Shown here piece by piece: positions 41,401 to 59,400 of a stretch of DNA of 64,000 nucleotides. The stretch comes from Eledone cirrhosa (lineage: Eukaryota), in contig CAXHJY010000001.1 in the NCBI GenBank assembly GCA_964016885.1, positions 124,001 to 188,000 on the forward strand, given 5' to 3'. The notes beneath the pieces were generated by a model. The model did no database searches and was not told where the DNA came from. It saw nothing but the letters and a program-made list of their open reading frames with translations. Numbering within the stretch: the stretch's first letter is position 1; each line of letters starts with the position of its first letter. A program made the position numbers and the translations under genes.

Positions 41401-44400
41401 TCACACTACCATGTAACATATCCTCCACATTCATCACCCATGTCGCACTATCATGTAACATATCCTCCACATTCATCACCCATGTCTCACTACCATGTAA
41501 CATAACCTCCACATTCATCACCCCTGTCTCAATACCATGTAACATAACCTCCACATTCATCACCCATGTCTCACTACCATGTAACATAACCTCCACATTC
41601 ATCACCCATGTCTCACTACCATAACATATCCTCCACATTCATCACCCATGTCACACTACCATGTAATAACCTCCACATTCATGTCCCATGTAACATAACC
41701 TCTACATTCATCACCCAAGTCTCACTACCTTGTAACATAACCTCCATGTTAATCACCTATGTCACACTACCATAGCATATCCTCCACTTTCATCACCCAT
41801 GTCTCACTACCATGTAACATAACCTCCACATTCATCACCCATGTCTCACTACCATACGATATCCTCCACATTCATCACCCACGTCACACTACCATGTAAC
41901 ATATCCTCCACATTCATCACCAATGTCTCACTACCATGTAACATATCCTCCACATTAATCACCCATGTCACACTACCATGTAACATAACCTCCATATTCA
42001 TCACCCATGACTCACTACCAGAACATATCCTCCACATTCATCACCCATGTCTCACTACCATAACATATCCTCCACATTCATCACCCATGCCACACTATCA
42101 TGTAACATAACCTCTACATTCATCTCCCATGTCACACTACCATGTAACACAACCGCCACATTCATCACCCATGTCTCACTACCATAGCATATCCTCCACA
42201 TTCATCACCCATGTCACACTACCATGTAACATAACCTCTACGTTCATCTCCCATGTCTCACTACCATGTAACATAACCTACAAATTCATCCCCATGTCTC
42301 GCTACCATAACATAACCTCCACATTCATCACCCATGTCTCACTACCATAACATATCCTCCACATTCATCACCCATGTCTAACTACCATAACATATCCTCC
42401 ACATTAATCACCATATCTCACTACCATGTCTCACTACCATAACATATCCTCCACATTCATCACCCATGTCACACTACCATGTAACATAACCTCCACATTC
42501 ATCACACATGTCTCACTACCATGTAACATAACCTCTACATTCATCACCCATGTCTCACTACCATTACATGTCCTCCACATTCATCACCCATGTCTCACTA
42601 CCATGTAACATAACCTCTACATTCATCACCCATGTCACACTACCATAACATATCTTCCACATTCATCACCCATGTCTCACTACCATGTAACATATCCTCC
42701 ACATTCATCACCCATGTCTCACTACCATGTAACATATCCTCCACATTCATCACCCATGTCTCACTACCATAACATATCCTCTACATTCATCACCCATGTC
42801 ACATTACCATGTAACTTAACTTCCACGTTCATCACCCATGTCTCACTACCATAACATATCCTCTACATTCATCATACATGTCTCACTACCAGAACATATC
42901 CTCCACATTCAACACCCATGTCTCACTACCAGAACATATGCTGCACGTTCATCACCCATGTCTCACTACAATGACATATGCTCCACATTCATCACCCATG
43001 TCTCACTACCATAACATATGCTCCACATTCATCACCCATGTCTCACCACCATGTAACATACCCTCCACATTCATCACCCATGTCTCACTACCATACAATA
43101 TCCTCCACATTCATCACCCATGTCACAATACTATGTAACATATCCTCCACATTAATCACCCATGTCTCACTACCATAACATAACCTCCACATTCATCACA
43201 AATGTCTCACTACCATAACATATCCTCCACATTAATCACCCATGTCTCACTACCATGTAACATAACCTCCACATTCATCATCCATGTCACACTACCATGG
43301 AACGTAACCTGCACATTCATCACCGATGTCTAACTACCATAACATAACCTTAACATTCACCACCCATGTCTCACTACCATAACATTTCCTCCAAATTCAT
43401 CACCCATGTCACACTACCATGTAACAACCTCCACATTCATCTCCCATGTCTCACTACCATGTAACATAACCTCCACATTCATCACCCATGTCTCACTACC
43501 ATACGATATCCTCCACATTCATCACCCATGTCACAATACCATGTAAAATATCCTCCACATTAATCACCCATGTCTCACTACCATAACATAACCTCTACAT
43601 TAATCACCCATGTCTCACTACCATAACATATCCTCCACATTAATCACCCATGTCTCACTACCATGTAACATAACCTCCACATTCATCATCCATGTCACAC
43701 TACCATGTAACGTAACCTCCACATTCATCACCCATGTCTCACTACCATATCATATCCTCCACATTCATCACCCATGTCTCACTACCATGTAACATAACCT
43801 CCACATTCATGACCCGTGTCTCATACCAGAACATATCCCCCACATTCATCACCAATGTCTCACTACCATGCAACATAACCTCCACATTCAGCACCCATGT
43901 CTCATACCAGAACATATCCTCCACATTCATCACCCATGTCACACTACCATGTAACATAATCTCCACATTCATCAACCATGTCTCATACCAGAACATATCC
44001 CCCACATTCATTACCCATGTCTCACTGCCATAACATAACCTCCACATTCATCACCCCTGTCACACTGCCATGTAACATATCCTCCACATTCATCACCCAT
44101 ATTACATAACCTCCACATTCATCACCCATGTTACACTAACATGACATATCCTGCACATTCATCAACCATGTCTCACTACCATATAACATAACCTCCACAT
44201 TCATCACCGATGTCTCACTACCATGTAACATAACCTCCACATTCATCACCCATGTGTCACTACCATGTAACATAACCTCCACATTCATCACCCATGTCTC
44301 ACTACCATAACATAACCTCCACATTCATCACCCATGTCTCACTACCATAACATATCCTCTGCATTCATCATACATGTCACACTACCATGTAATATATCCT

Positions 44401-47400
44401 CCACATTAATCACCCATGTCACACTACCATGTAACATAACCTCCACATTAATCACCCATGTCTCACTACTATGTAACATAACCTCCACATTCATCACCCC
44501 TGTCTCACTACCATGTAACATAACCTCCACATTCATCACCCATGTCTCACTACCATAACATAACCTCCATATTCATCACCCATGTCTCACTACCATAACA
44601 TATCCTCCACATTCATCACCCATGTCTCACTACCATAACATATCCTCTGCATTCATCATACATGTCACACTACCATGTAATATATCCTCCACATTCATCA
44701 CCCATGTCACACTACCATGTAACATAACCTCCACATTCATCACCCATGTCTCACTACCATGTAACATAACCTCCACATTCATCACCCATGTCTCACTACC
44801 ATAACATATCCTCCAAATTCATCACCCATGTCTCACTACCATAACATAACCTCCACATTCATCACCCATGTCTCACTACCATAACATATCCTCTACATTC
44901 ATCATACATGTTACACTACCATGTAACATATCCTCCACATTCATCACCCATGACTCACTACCATAACATATCCTCCACATTCATCACCCATCTCACACTA
45001 CCATGTAACATATCCTCTACATTCATCACCCATATCTCACTACCATGTCTCACTACCAGAACATATCTTCCACATTCATCACCCATGTCACACTACCATA
45101 ACATATCCTCTACATTCATCACCCATATCTCACTACCATGTAACATATCCTCCACATTCATCACCCATGTCACACTACCATGTAACATATCCTCCACATT
45201 CATCACCCATGTCTCACTCCCATAACAATATCCTCCACATTCATCACCCATGTCTCACTAACTTAACATATCCTCCACATTCATAACCCATGTCTCACTA
45301 CCATAACATATCCTCCACATTCATCACCCATGTCACACTACCATGTAACATATCCTCCACATTCATCACCTATGTCTCACAAAATTAACATATCCTCCAC
45401 ATTCATCACCCATGTCTCACTACCATAACATATCCTCCACATTCATCACCCATGTCTCACTACCATGTAACATAACCTCCACATTCATCATCCATATCAC
45501 ATTACAATGTAACGTAACCTCCACATTCATCACCCATATCTCACTACCATAACATATCCTCCACATTCATCACCAATGTCTCACTACCATGTAACATATC
45601 CTCCACATTAATCACCCATGTCACACTACCGTGTAACATAACCTCCACATTAATCACCTATGTCTCACTACCATGTAACATAACCTCCACATTCATCACC
45701 CCTGTCTCACTACCATGTAACATAACCTCCACATTCATCACCCATGTCTCACTACCATGTAACATAACCTCCACATTCATCACCCATGTCTCACTACCAT
45801 AACATATCCTCCACATTCATCGCCTATGTCACACTACCATGTAACATATCCTCCACATTCATCACCCATGTCACATTACCATGTAACATAACCTCCACAT
45901 TCATCACCCATGTCTCACTACCATAACATAACCTCCACATTCATCACCCATGTCTCACTACCATAACATATCCTCTACATTCATCATACATGTTACACTA
46001 CCATGTAACATATCCTCTACATTAATTACCCATGTCTCACTACCATAACATATCCTCCATATTCATCACCCACGTCTCACTACAATAACATATCCTCTAC
46101 ATTCATCACCCATGTCACACTACCATGTAACAACCTACACATTCATCTCCCATGTAACATAACGTCCACATTCATCACCCATGACTCACTACCATAACAT
46201 ATCCTCCACATTCATCACCCATGCCACACTATCATGTAACATAACCTCTACATTCATCTCCCATGTCACACTACCATGTAACACAACCTCCACATTCATC
46301 ACCCATGTCTCACTACCATAGCATATCCTCCACATTCATCACCCATGTCACACTACCATGTAACATAACCTCTACATTCATCTCCCATGTCTCACTACCA
46401 TGTAACATAACCTACAAATTCATCCCCATATCTCGCTACCATAACATAACCTCCACATTCATCACCCATGTCTCACTACCATAACATATCCTCCACATTC
46501 ATCACCTATGTCTAACTACCATAACATATCCTCCACATTAATCACCATATCTCACTACCATGTCTCACTACCATAACATATCCTCCACATTCATCACCCA
46601 TGTCACACTACCATGTAACATAACCCCCACATTCATCATCCATGTCACACTACCATGGAACGTAACCTGCACATTCATCACCGATGTCTAACTACCATAA
46701 CATAACCTTAACATTCACCACCCATGTCTCACTACCTTAACATTTCCTCCAAATTCATCACCCATGTCACACTACCATGTAACAACCTCCACATTCATCT
46801 CCCATGTCTCACTACCATGTAACATAACCTCCACATTCATCACCCATGTGTCACTACCATGTAACATAACCTCCACATTCATCACCCATGTCTCACTACC
46901 ATAACATAACCTCCACATTCATCACCCATGTCTCACTACCATAACATATCCTCTGCATTCATCATACATGTCACACTACCATGTAATATATCCTCCACAT
47001 TAATCACCCATGTCACACTACCATGTAACATAACCTCCACATTAATCACCCATGTCTCACTACTATGTAACATAACCTCCACATTCATCACCCCTGTCTC
47101 ACTACCATGTAACATAACCTCCACATTCATCACCCATGTCTCACTACCATAACATAACCTCCACATTCATCACCCATGTCGCACTATCATGTAACATATC
47201 CTCCACATTCATCACCCATGTCTCACTACCATGTAACATAACCTCCACATTCATCACCCCTGTCTCACTACCATGTAACATAATCTCCACATTCATCACC
47301 CATGTCTCACTACCATGTAACATAACCTCCACATTCATCACCCATGTCTCACTACCATAACATATCCTCCACATTCATCACCCATGTCACACCACCATGT

Positions 47401-50400
47401 AATAACCTCCACATTCATCTCCCATGTAACATAACCTCTACATTCATCTCCCATGTCTCACTACCATGTAACATAACCTCCACATTCATCACCCATGTCT
47501 CACTACCATACGATATCCTCCACATTCATCACCAATGTCTCACTACCATGTAACATATCCTCCACATTAATCACCCATGTCACACTACCATGTAACATAA
47601 CCTCCACATTAATCACCCATGTCACACTACCATGTAACATAACCTCCATATTCATCACCCATGACTCACTACCAGAACATATCCTGCACATTCATCACCC
47701 ATGTCTCACTACTATAACATATCCTCCACGTTTATCACCCATGTCACACTACCATGTAACATAACCTCCACATTCATCACCCATGTCTCACTACCATAAC
47801 ATATCCTCCACATTCATAAACCCATGTCTCACTACCATAACATATCCTCCACATTCATAAACCCATGTCTCACTACCATAAAATATCCTCCACATTCATC
47901 ACCCATGCCACACTATCATGTAACATGACCTCTACATTCATCTCCCATGTCACACTACCATGTAACATAACCTCCACATTCATCACCCATGTCTCACTAC
48001 CATAGCATATCCTCCACATTCATCACCCCTGTCACACTACCATGTAACATAACCTACAAATTCATCCCCATGTCTCACTACCATAACATAACCTCCACAT
48101 TCATCAACCATGACACACTACAATGTAACATATCCTCTACATTAATCACCCATGTCTCACTACCATAACATATCCTCCATATTCATCACCTATGTCACAC
48201 TACCATGTAATTTATCCTCCACATTCATCACCCATGTCACACTACCATGTAACATAACCTCCACATTCATCACCCCTGTCTCACTACAATGTAACATAAC
48301 CTCCACATTCATCACCCATGTCTCACTACCATGTAACATATCCTCCACATTCATCACCCATGTCTCACTTCCATACCATATTCTCCACATTCATCACCCA
48401 TGTCTCACTACCATGTAACATCTCCTCCACATTCATCAACCATGTCTCACTACCATAACATAACCTCCACATTCATCACCAATGTCTCACTACCATAACA
48501 TATCCTCCACATTCATCACCAATGTCTCACTACCATAACATATCCTCTACATTCATCATACATGACACACTACAATGTAACATATCGTCTACATTAATCA
48601 CCCATGTCTCACTACCATAACATATCCTCCATATTCATCACCTATGTCACACTACCATGTAATTTATCCTCCACATTCATCACCCATGTCACACTACCAT
48701 GTAACATAACCTCCACATTCATCACCCCTGTCTCACTACCATGTAACATAACCTCCACATTCCTCACCCATGTCTCACTACCATGTAACATAACCTCCAC
48801 ATTCACCACCCATGTCTCACTACCATAACATATCCTCCATATTCATCACCCATGTCACATTACCATGTAACATAATCTCCATATTCATCACCCATGTCTC
48901 ACTACCATGTAACATAACCTCCACATTCATCAACCATGTCTCACTACCATGTAACACAACCTCCACATTCATCCCCCCTGTCTCACTACCATGTAACATA
49001 ACCTCCACATTCATCACCCATGTCTCACTACCATGTAACATAACCTCCACATTCATCACCCATGTCTCACTACCATAACATATCCTCCACATTCATCACC
49101 CATGTCTCACTACCATAACAAAACCTCCACATTCATCACCCCTGTCTCACCAACATGTAACATAACCTCCACATTCATCACCTATGTCTCACTACCATAA
49201 CATATCCTCTATATTCATCATACATGTCTCGTTACCAGAACATATCCTCCACATTCATCACACATGTCTCACTACCAGAACATATCCTCCACATTCATCA
49301 CCCATGTCTCACTACCATGTAACAACCTACACATTCATCACCCATGTCTCACTACAATAACATATCCTCCAAATTCATCACTCATGTCACACAACCATGT
49401 AACAACCTCCACATTCATCTCCCATGTCTCACTACCATGTAACATAACCTCCACATTCATCACCCATGACTCACTACCATAACATATCCTCCACATTAAT
49501 CACCCATGTCACACTACCATGTAACATATCCTCCACATTCATCACCCATGTCTCACTACCATAACATAACCTCCACATTCATCACCCATGACTCACTACA
49601 ATAACATATCCTCTACATTCATCACCCATGTCACACTACCATGTAACAACCTCCACATTCATCTCCCATGTCTCACTACCATGTAACATAACCTCCACAT
49701 TCATCACCCATGTCTCACTACCATAACATAACCTCCACATTCATCACCCATGTCGCACTATCATGTAACATATCCTCCACATTCATCACCCATGTCTCAC
49801 TACCATGTAACATAACCTGCACATTCATCACCCCTGTCTCAATACCATGTAACATAACCTCCACATTCATCACCCATGTCTCACTACCATGTAACATAAC
49901 CTCCACATTCATCACCCATGTCTCACTACCATAACATATCCTCCACATTCATCACCCATGTCACACTACCATGTAATAACCTCCACATTCATGTCCCATG
50001 TAACATAACCTCCACATTCATCACCCAAGTCTCACTACCTTGTAACATAACCTCCATATTAATCACCTATGTCACACTACCATAGCATATCCTCCACTTT
50101 CATCACCCATGTCACAATACCATGTAACATAACCTCTACATTCATCTCCCATGTCTCACTACCATGTAACATAACCTCCACATTCATCACCCATGTCTCA
50201 CTACCATACGATATCCTCCACATTCATCACCCATGTCACACTACCATGTAACATATCCTCCACATTCATCACCAATGTCTCACTACCATGTTAAATATCC
50301 TCCACATTAATCACCCATGTCACACTACCATGTAACATAACCTCCATATTCATCACCCATGACTCACTACCAGAACATATCCTCCACATTCATCACCCAT

Positions 50401-53400
50401 GTCTCACTACCATAACATATCCTCCACATTTATCACCCATGTCACACTACCATGTAACATAACCTCCACATTCATCACCCATGTCTCACTACCATAACAT
50501 ATCCTCCACATTCATCACCCATGCCACACTATCATGTAACATAACCTCTACATTCATCTCCCATGTCACACTACCATGTAACACAACCTCCACATTCATC
50601 ACCCATGTCTCACTACCATAGTATATCCTCCACATTCATCACCCATGTCACACTACCATGTAACATAACCTCTACATTCATCTCCCATGTCTCACTACCA
50701 TGTAACATAACCTACAAATTCATCCCCATGTCTCGCTACCATAACATAACCTCCACATTCATCACCCATATCTCACTACCATAACATATCCTCCACATTC
50801 ATCACCCATGTCTAACTACCATAACATATCCTCCACATTAATCACCATATCTCACTACCATGCCTCACTACCATAACATATCCTCCACATTCATCACCCA
50901 TGTCACACTACCATGTAACATAACCTCCACATTCATCATCCATGTCACACTACCATGGAACGTAACCTGCACATTCATCACCGATGTATAACTACGATAA
51001 CATAACCTTAACATTCACCACCCATGTCTCACTACCATAACATTTCCTCCAAATTCATCACCCATGTCACACTACCATGTAACAACCTCCACATTCATCT
51101 CCCATGTCTCACTACCATGTAACATAACCTCCACATTCATCACCCATGTCTCACTACCATAACATATCCTCCACATTCATCACCCATTTCACACTACCGT
51201 GTAATAACCTCCACATTCATGTCCCATGTAACATAACCTCCACATTCATCACCCAAGTCTCACTACCTTGTAACATAACCTCCATATTAATCACCTATGT
51301 CACACTACCATAGCATATCCTCCACTTTCCTCACCCATGTCACAATACCATGTAACATAACCTCTACATTCATCTCCCATGTCTCACTACCATGTAACAT
51401 AACCTCCACATTCATCACCCATGTCTCACTACCATACGATATCCTCCACATTCATCACCCATGTCACACTACCATGTAACATATCCTCCACATTCATCAC
51501 CAATGTCTCACTACCATGTAACATATCCTCCACATTAATCACCCATGTCACACTACCATGTAACATAACCTCCATATTCATCACCCATGACTCACTACCA
51601 GAACATATCCTCCACATTCATCACCCAAGTCTCACTACCATAACATATCCTCCACATTTATCACCCATGTCACACTACCATGTAACATAACCTCCACATT
51701 CATCACCCATGTCTCACTACCATAACATATCCTCCACATTCATCACCCATGCCACACTATCATGTAACATAACCTCTACATTCATCTCCCATGTCACACT
51801 ACCATGTAACACAACCTCCACATTCATCACCCATGTCTCACTACCATAGCATATCCTCCACATTCATCACCCATGTCACACTACCATGTAACATAACCTC
51901 TACATTCATCTCCCATGTCTCACTACCATGTAACATAACCTACAAATTCATCCCCATGTCTCGCTACCATAACATAACCTCCACATTCATCACCCATGTC
52001 TCACTACCATAACATATCCTCCACATTCATCACCCATGTCTAACTACCATAACATATCCTCCACATTAATCACCATATCTCACTACCATGTCTCACTACC
52101 ATAACATATCCTCCACATTCATCACCCATGTCACACTACCATGTAACATAACCCCCACATTCATCATCCATGTCACACTACCATGGAACGTAACCTCCAC
52201 ATTCCTAACCGATGTCTAACTACCATAACATAACCTTAACATTCACCACCCATGTCTCACTACCATAACATTTCCTCCAAATTCATCACCCATGTCACAC
52301 TACCATGTAACAACCTCCACATTCATCTCCCATAACTCACTACCATGTAACATAACCTCCACATTCATCACCCATGTCTCACTACCATACGATATCCTCC
52401 ACATTCATCACCCATGTCACAATACCATGTAAAATATCCTCCACATTAATCACCCATGTCTCACTACCATAACATAACCTCTACATTAATCACCCATGTC
52501 TCACTACCATAACATATCCTCCACATTAATCACCCATGTCTCACTACCGTGTAACATAACCTCCACATTTATCATCCATGTCACACTACCATGTAACGTA
52601 ACCTCCACATTCATCACACATGTCTCACTACCATAACATATCCTCCACATTCATCACCCATGTCTCACTACCATGTAACATAACCTCCACATTCATGACC
52701 CGTGTCTCATACCAGAACATATCCCCCACATTCATCACCAATGTCTCACTACCATGTAACATAACCTCCACATTCAGCACCCATGTCTCATACCAGAACA
52801 TATCCTCCACATTCATCACCCATGTCACACTACCATGTAACATAATCTCCACATTCATCAACCATGTCTCATACCAGAACATATCCCCCACATTCATTAC
52901 CCATGTCTCACTGCCATAACATAACCTCCACATTCATCACCCCTGTCACACTACCATGTAACATATCCTCCACATTCATCACCCATATCACATAACCTCC
53001 ACATTCATCACCCATGTTACACTAACATGACATATCCTGCACATTCATCAACCATGTCTCACTACTATGTAACATAACCTCCACATTCATCACCCATGTC
53101 TCACTACCATGTAACATAACCTCCACATTCATCACCCATGTGTCACTACCATGTAACATAACCTCCACATTCATCACCCATGTCTCACTACCATAACATA
53201 ACCTCCACATTCATCACCCATGTCTCACTACCATAACATATCCTCTGCATTCATCATACATGTCACACTACCATGTAATATATCCTCCACATTAATCACC
53301 CATGTCACACTACCATGTAACATAACCTCCACATTAATCACCCATGTCTCACTACTATGTAACATAACCTCCACATTCATCACCCCTGTCTCACTACCAT

Positions 53401-56400
53401 GTAACATAACCTCCACATTCATCACCCATGTCTCACTACCATAACATAACCTCCACATTCATCACCCATGTCTCACTACCATAACATATCCTCCACATTC
53501 ATCACCCATGTCTCACTACCATAACATATCCTCTGCATTCATCATACATGTCACACTACCATGTAATAAATCCTCCACATTCATCACCCATGTCACACTA
53601 CCATGTAACATAACCTCCACATTCATCACCCATGTCTCACTACCATAACATATCCTCTCCATTCATCATACATGTTACACTACCATGTAACATATCCTCC
53701 ACATTCATCACCCATGACTCTCTACCATAACATATCCTCCACATTCATCACCCATCTCACACTACCATGTAACATATCCTCTACATTCATCACCCATATC
53801 TCACTACCATGTCTCACTACCAGAACATATCTTCCACATTCATCACCCATATCACACTACCATAACATATCCTCTACATTCATCACCCATATCTCACTAC
53901 CATGTAACATATCCTCCACATTCATCACCCATGTCACACTACCATGTAACATATCCTCCACATTCATCACCCATGTCTCACTCCCATAACAATATCCTCC
54001 ACATTCATCACCCATGTCTCACTAACTTAACATATCCTCCACATTCATAACCCATGTCTCACTACCATAACATATCCTCCACATTCATCACCCATGTCAC
54101 ACTACCATGTAACATATCCTCCACATTCATCACCTTTGTCTCACAAAATTAACATATCCTCCACATTCATCACCCATGTCTCACTACCATAACATATCCT
54201 CCACATTCATCACCCATGTCTCACTACCATGTAACATAACCTCCACATTCATCATCCATATCACATTACCATGTAACGTAACCTCCACATTCATCACCCA
54301 TATCTCACTACCATAACATATCCTCCACATTCATCACCAATGTCTCACTACCATGTAACATATCCTCCACATTAATCACCCATGTCACACTACCATGTAA
54401 CATAACCTCCGCATTAATCACCTATGTCTCACTACCATGTAACATAACCTCCACATTCATCACCCCTGTCTCACTACCATGTAACATAACCTCCACATTC
54501 ATCACCCATGTCTCACTACCATGTAACATAACCTCCACATTCATCACCCATGTCTCACTACCATAACATATCCTCCACATTCATCACCTATGTCACACTA
54601 CCATGTAACATATCCTCCACATTCATCACCCATGTCACATTACCATGTAACATAACCTCCACATTCATCACCCATGTCTCACTACCATAACATAACCTCC
54701 ACATTCATCACCCATGTCTCACTACCATAACATATCCTCTACATTCATCATACATGTTACACTACCATGTAACATATCCTCTACATTAATCACCCATGTC
54801 TCACTACCATAACATATCCTCCATATTCATCACCCACGTCTCACTACAATAACATATCCTCTACATTCATCGCCCATGTCACACTACCATGTAACAACCT
54901 ACACATTCATCTCCCATGTAACATAACGTCCACATTCATCACCCATGACTCACTACCATAACATATCCTCCACATTCATCACCCATGTCACACTACCATG
55001 TAACATATCCTCCACATTCATCACCCATGTCTCACTACCATAACATATCCTCCACATTAATCTCCATATCTACACATTCATCATCCATGCCACACTACCA
55101 TGTAACATATCCTCCACATTCATCACCCATATCTCACTACCATGTCTCACTACCAGAACATATCCTCCACATTCGTCACCCATGTCACACTAGCATGTAA
55201 CATAACCTCCACATTCATCACCCATGTCTAACTACCATAACATATCCTCCACATTCATCACCCATGTCTCACTACCATGTAACATAACCTCCACATTCAT
55301 CACCCATGACTCACTACCATGTAATATATCCTCCACATTCATCACCCATGTCACACTACCATGTAACATATCCTCAACATTCATCACCCATGTCTCACTA
55401 CCATAACATAACCTCCACATTCATCACCCATGTCACACTACCGTGTAAGATCTCCTCCACATTCATCACCTATGTCACACTACCATGTAATATATCCTCC
55501 ACATTCATCACCCATATCTCACTACCATGTAACATATCCTCCACATTCATCACCCATGTCACACTACCATGTCACATAACCTCCACATTCATCACCCATG
55601 TCTCACTACCATAACATATCCTTCACATTCATCACCCATGTCTCACTACCATAACATAGCCTCCACATTCATCACCATGTCTCACTACCATAACATAACC
55701 TCCACATTCATCACCCATGTCTCACTACCATAACATATCCTTCACATTCATCACCCATGCCTCACTACCATAACATAACCTCCACATTCATCACCCATGT
55801 CACACTACCATAACATATCTCCACATTCATCACCCATGTCACACTACCATGTAACATATCCTTCACATTCATCACCCATGTCACACTACCATGTAACATA
55901 ACCTCCACATTCATCATCCATGTCACACTACCATGGAACGTAACCTGCACATTCATCACCGATGTCTAACTACCATAACATAACCTTAACATTCACCACC
56001 CATGTCTCACTACCATAACATTTCCTCCAAATTCATCACCCATGTCACACTACCATGTAACAACCTCCACATTCATCTCCCATGTCTCACTACCATGTAA
56101 CATAACCTCCACATTCATCACCCATGTCTCACTACCATACGATATCCTCCACATTCATCACCCATGTCACAATACCATGTAAAATATCCTCCACATTAAT
56201 CACCCATGTCTCACTACCATAACATAACCTCTACATTAATCACCCATGTCTCACTACCATAACATATCCTCCACATTAATCACCCATGTCTCACTACCAT
56301 GTAACATAACCTCCACATTCATCATCCATGTCACACTACCATGTAACGTAACCTCCACATTCATCACCCATGTCTCACTACCATATCATATCCTCCACAT

Positions 56401-59400
56401 TCATCACCCATGTCTCACTACCATGTAACATAACCTCCACATTCATGACCCGTGTCTCATACCAGAACATATCCCCCACATTCATCACCAATGTCTCACT
56501 ACCATGCAACATAACCTCCACATTCAGCACCCATGTCTCATACCAGAACATATCCTCCACATTCATCACCCATGTCTCACTACCATAACATATCCTCCAC
56601 ATTCATCACCCATGTCTCACTACCATAACATATCCTCCACATTCATCACCCATGTCTCACTACCATGTAACATATCCTCCACATTCATCACCCATGTCTC
56701 ACTACAATAACATATCCTCCAAATTCATCACCCATGTCACACTACCATGTAACAACCTCCACATTCATCTCCCATGTCTCACTACCATGTAACATAACCT
56801 CCACATTCATCACCCATGACTCACTACCATAACATATCCTCCACATTAATCACCCATGTCACACTGCCATGTAACATATCCTCCACATTCATCACCCATG
56901 TCTCACTACCATAACATAACCTCCACATTCATCACCCATGACTCATTACAATAACATATCCTCTACATTCATCACCCATGTCACACTACCATGTAACAAC
57001 CTCCACATTCATCTCCCATGTCTCACTACCATGTAACATAACCTCCACATTCATCACCCATGACTCACTACCATAACATATCCTCCACATTCATCACCCA
57101 TGTCTCACTACCATAACATAACCTCCACATTCATCACCCATGTCGCACTATCATGTAACATATCCTCCACATTCATCACCCATGTCTCACTACCATGTAA
57201 CATAACCTCCACATTCATCACCCCTGTCTCACTACCATGTAACATAACCTCCACATTCATCACCCATGTCTCACTACCATGTAACATAACCTCCACATTC
57301 ATCACCCATGTCTCACTACCATAACATATCCTCCACATTCATCACCCATGCCACACTATCATGTAACATGACCTCTACATTCATCTCCCATGTCACACTA
57401 CCATGTAACATAACCTCCACATTCATCACCCATGTCTCACTACCATAGCATATCCTCCACATTCATCACCCATGTCACACTACCATGTAACATAACCTAC
57501 AAATTCATCCCCATGTCTCACTACCATAACATAACCTCCACATTCATCAACCATGTCTCACTACCATAACATATCCTCCACATTCGTCACACATGTCTCA
57601 CTACCATGTAACATAACCTCTACATTCATCACCCATGTCTCACTACCATAACATGTCCTCCACATTCATCACCCATGTCTCACTACCATGTAACATATCC
57701 TCCACATTCATCACCCATGTCTCACTTCCATACCATATCCTCCACATTCATCACCCATGTCTCACTACCATGTAACATATCCTCCACATTCATCAACCAT
57801 GTCTCACTACCATAACATAACCTCCACATTCATCACCAATGTCTCACTACCATAACATATCCTCCACATTCATCACCAATGTCTCACTACCATAACATAT
57901 CCTCTACATTCATCATACATGACACACTACCATGTAACATATCCTCTCCATTAATCACCCATGTCTCACTACCATAACATATCCTCCATATTCATCACCT
58001 ATGTCACACTACCATGTAATTTATCCTCCACATTCATCACCCATGTCACACTACCATGTAACATAACCTCCACATTCATCACCCCTGTCTCACTACCATG
58101 TAACATAACCTCCACATTCCTCACCCATGTCTCACTACCATGTAACATAACCTCCACATTCACCACCCATGTCTCACTACCATAACATATCCTCCATATT
58201 CATCACCCATGTCACATTACCATGTAACATAACCTCCATATTCATCACCCATGTCTTACTACCATGTAACATAACCTCCACATTCATCAACCATGTCTCA
58301 CTACCATGTAACACAACCTCCACATTCATCACCCCTGTCTCACTACCATGTAACATAACCTCCACATTCATCACCCATGTCTCACTACCATGTAACATAA
58401 CCTCCACATTCATCACCCATGTCTCACTACCATAACATATCCTCCACATTCATCACCCATGTCTCACTACCATAACAAAACCTCCACATTCATCACCCCT
58501 GTCTCACCAACATGTAACATAACCTCCACATTCATCACCTATGTCTCACTACCATAACATATCCTCTACATTCATCATACATGTCTCGTTACCAGAATAT
58601 ATCCTCCACATTCATCACACATGTCTCACTACCAGAACATATCCTCCACATTCATCACCCATGTCTCACTACCATGTAACAACCTACACATTCATCACCC
58701 ATGTCTCACTACAATAACATATCCTCCAAATTCATCACTCATGTCACACAACCATGTAACAACCTCCACATTCATCTCCCATGTCTCACTACCATGTAAC
58801 ATAACCTCCACATTCATCACCCATGACTCACTACCATAACATATCCTCCACATTAATCACCCGTGTCACACTACCATGTAACATATCCTCCACATTCATC
58901 ACCCATGTCGCACTATCATGTAACATATCCTCCACATTCATCACCCATGTCTCACTACCATGTAACATAACCTCCACATTCATCACCCCTGTCTCAATAC
59001 CATGTAACATAACCTCCACATTCATCACCCATGTCTCACTACCATGTAACATAACCTCCACATTCATCACCCATGTCTCACTACCATAACATATCCTCCA
59101 CATTCATCACCCATGCCACACTATCATGTAATAACCTCCACATTCATGTCCCATGTAACATAACCTCTACATTCATCACCCAAGTCTCACTACCTTGTAA
59201 CATAACCTCCATGTTAATCACCTATGTCACACTACCATAGCATATCCTCCACTTTCATCACCCATGTCTCACTACCATGTAACATAACCTCCACATTCAT
59301 CACCCATGTCTCACTACCATACGATATCCTCCACATTCATCACCCACGTCACACTACCATGTAACATATCCTCCACATTCATCACCAATGTCTCACTACC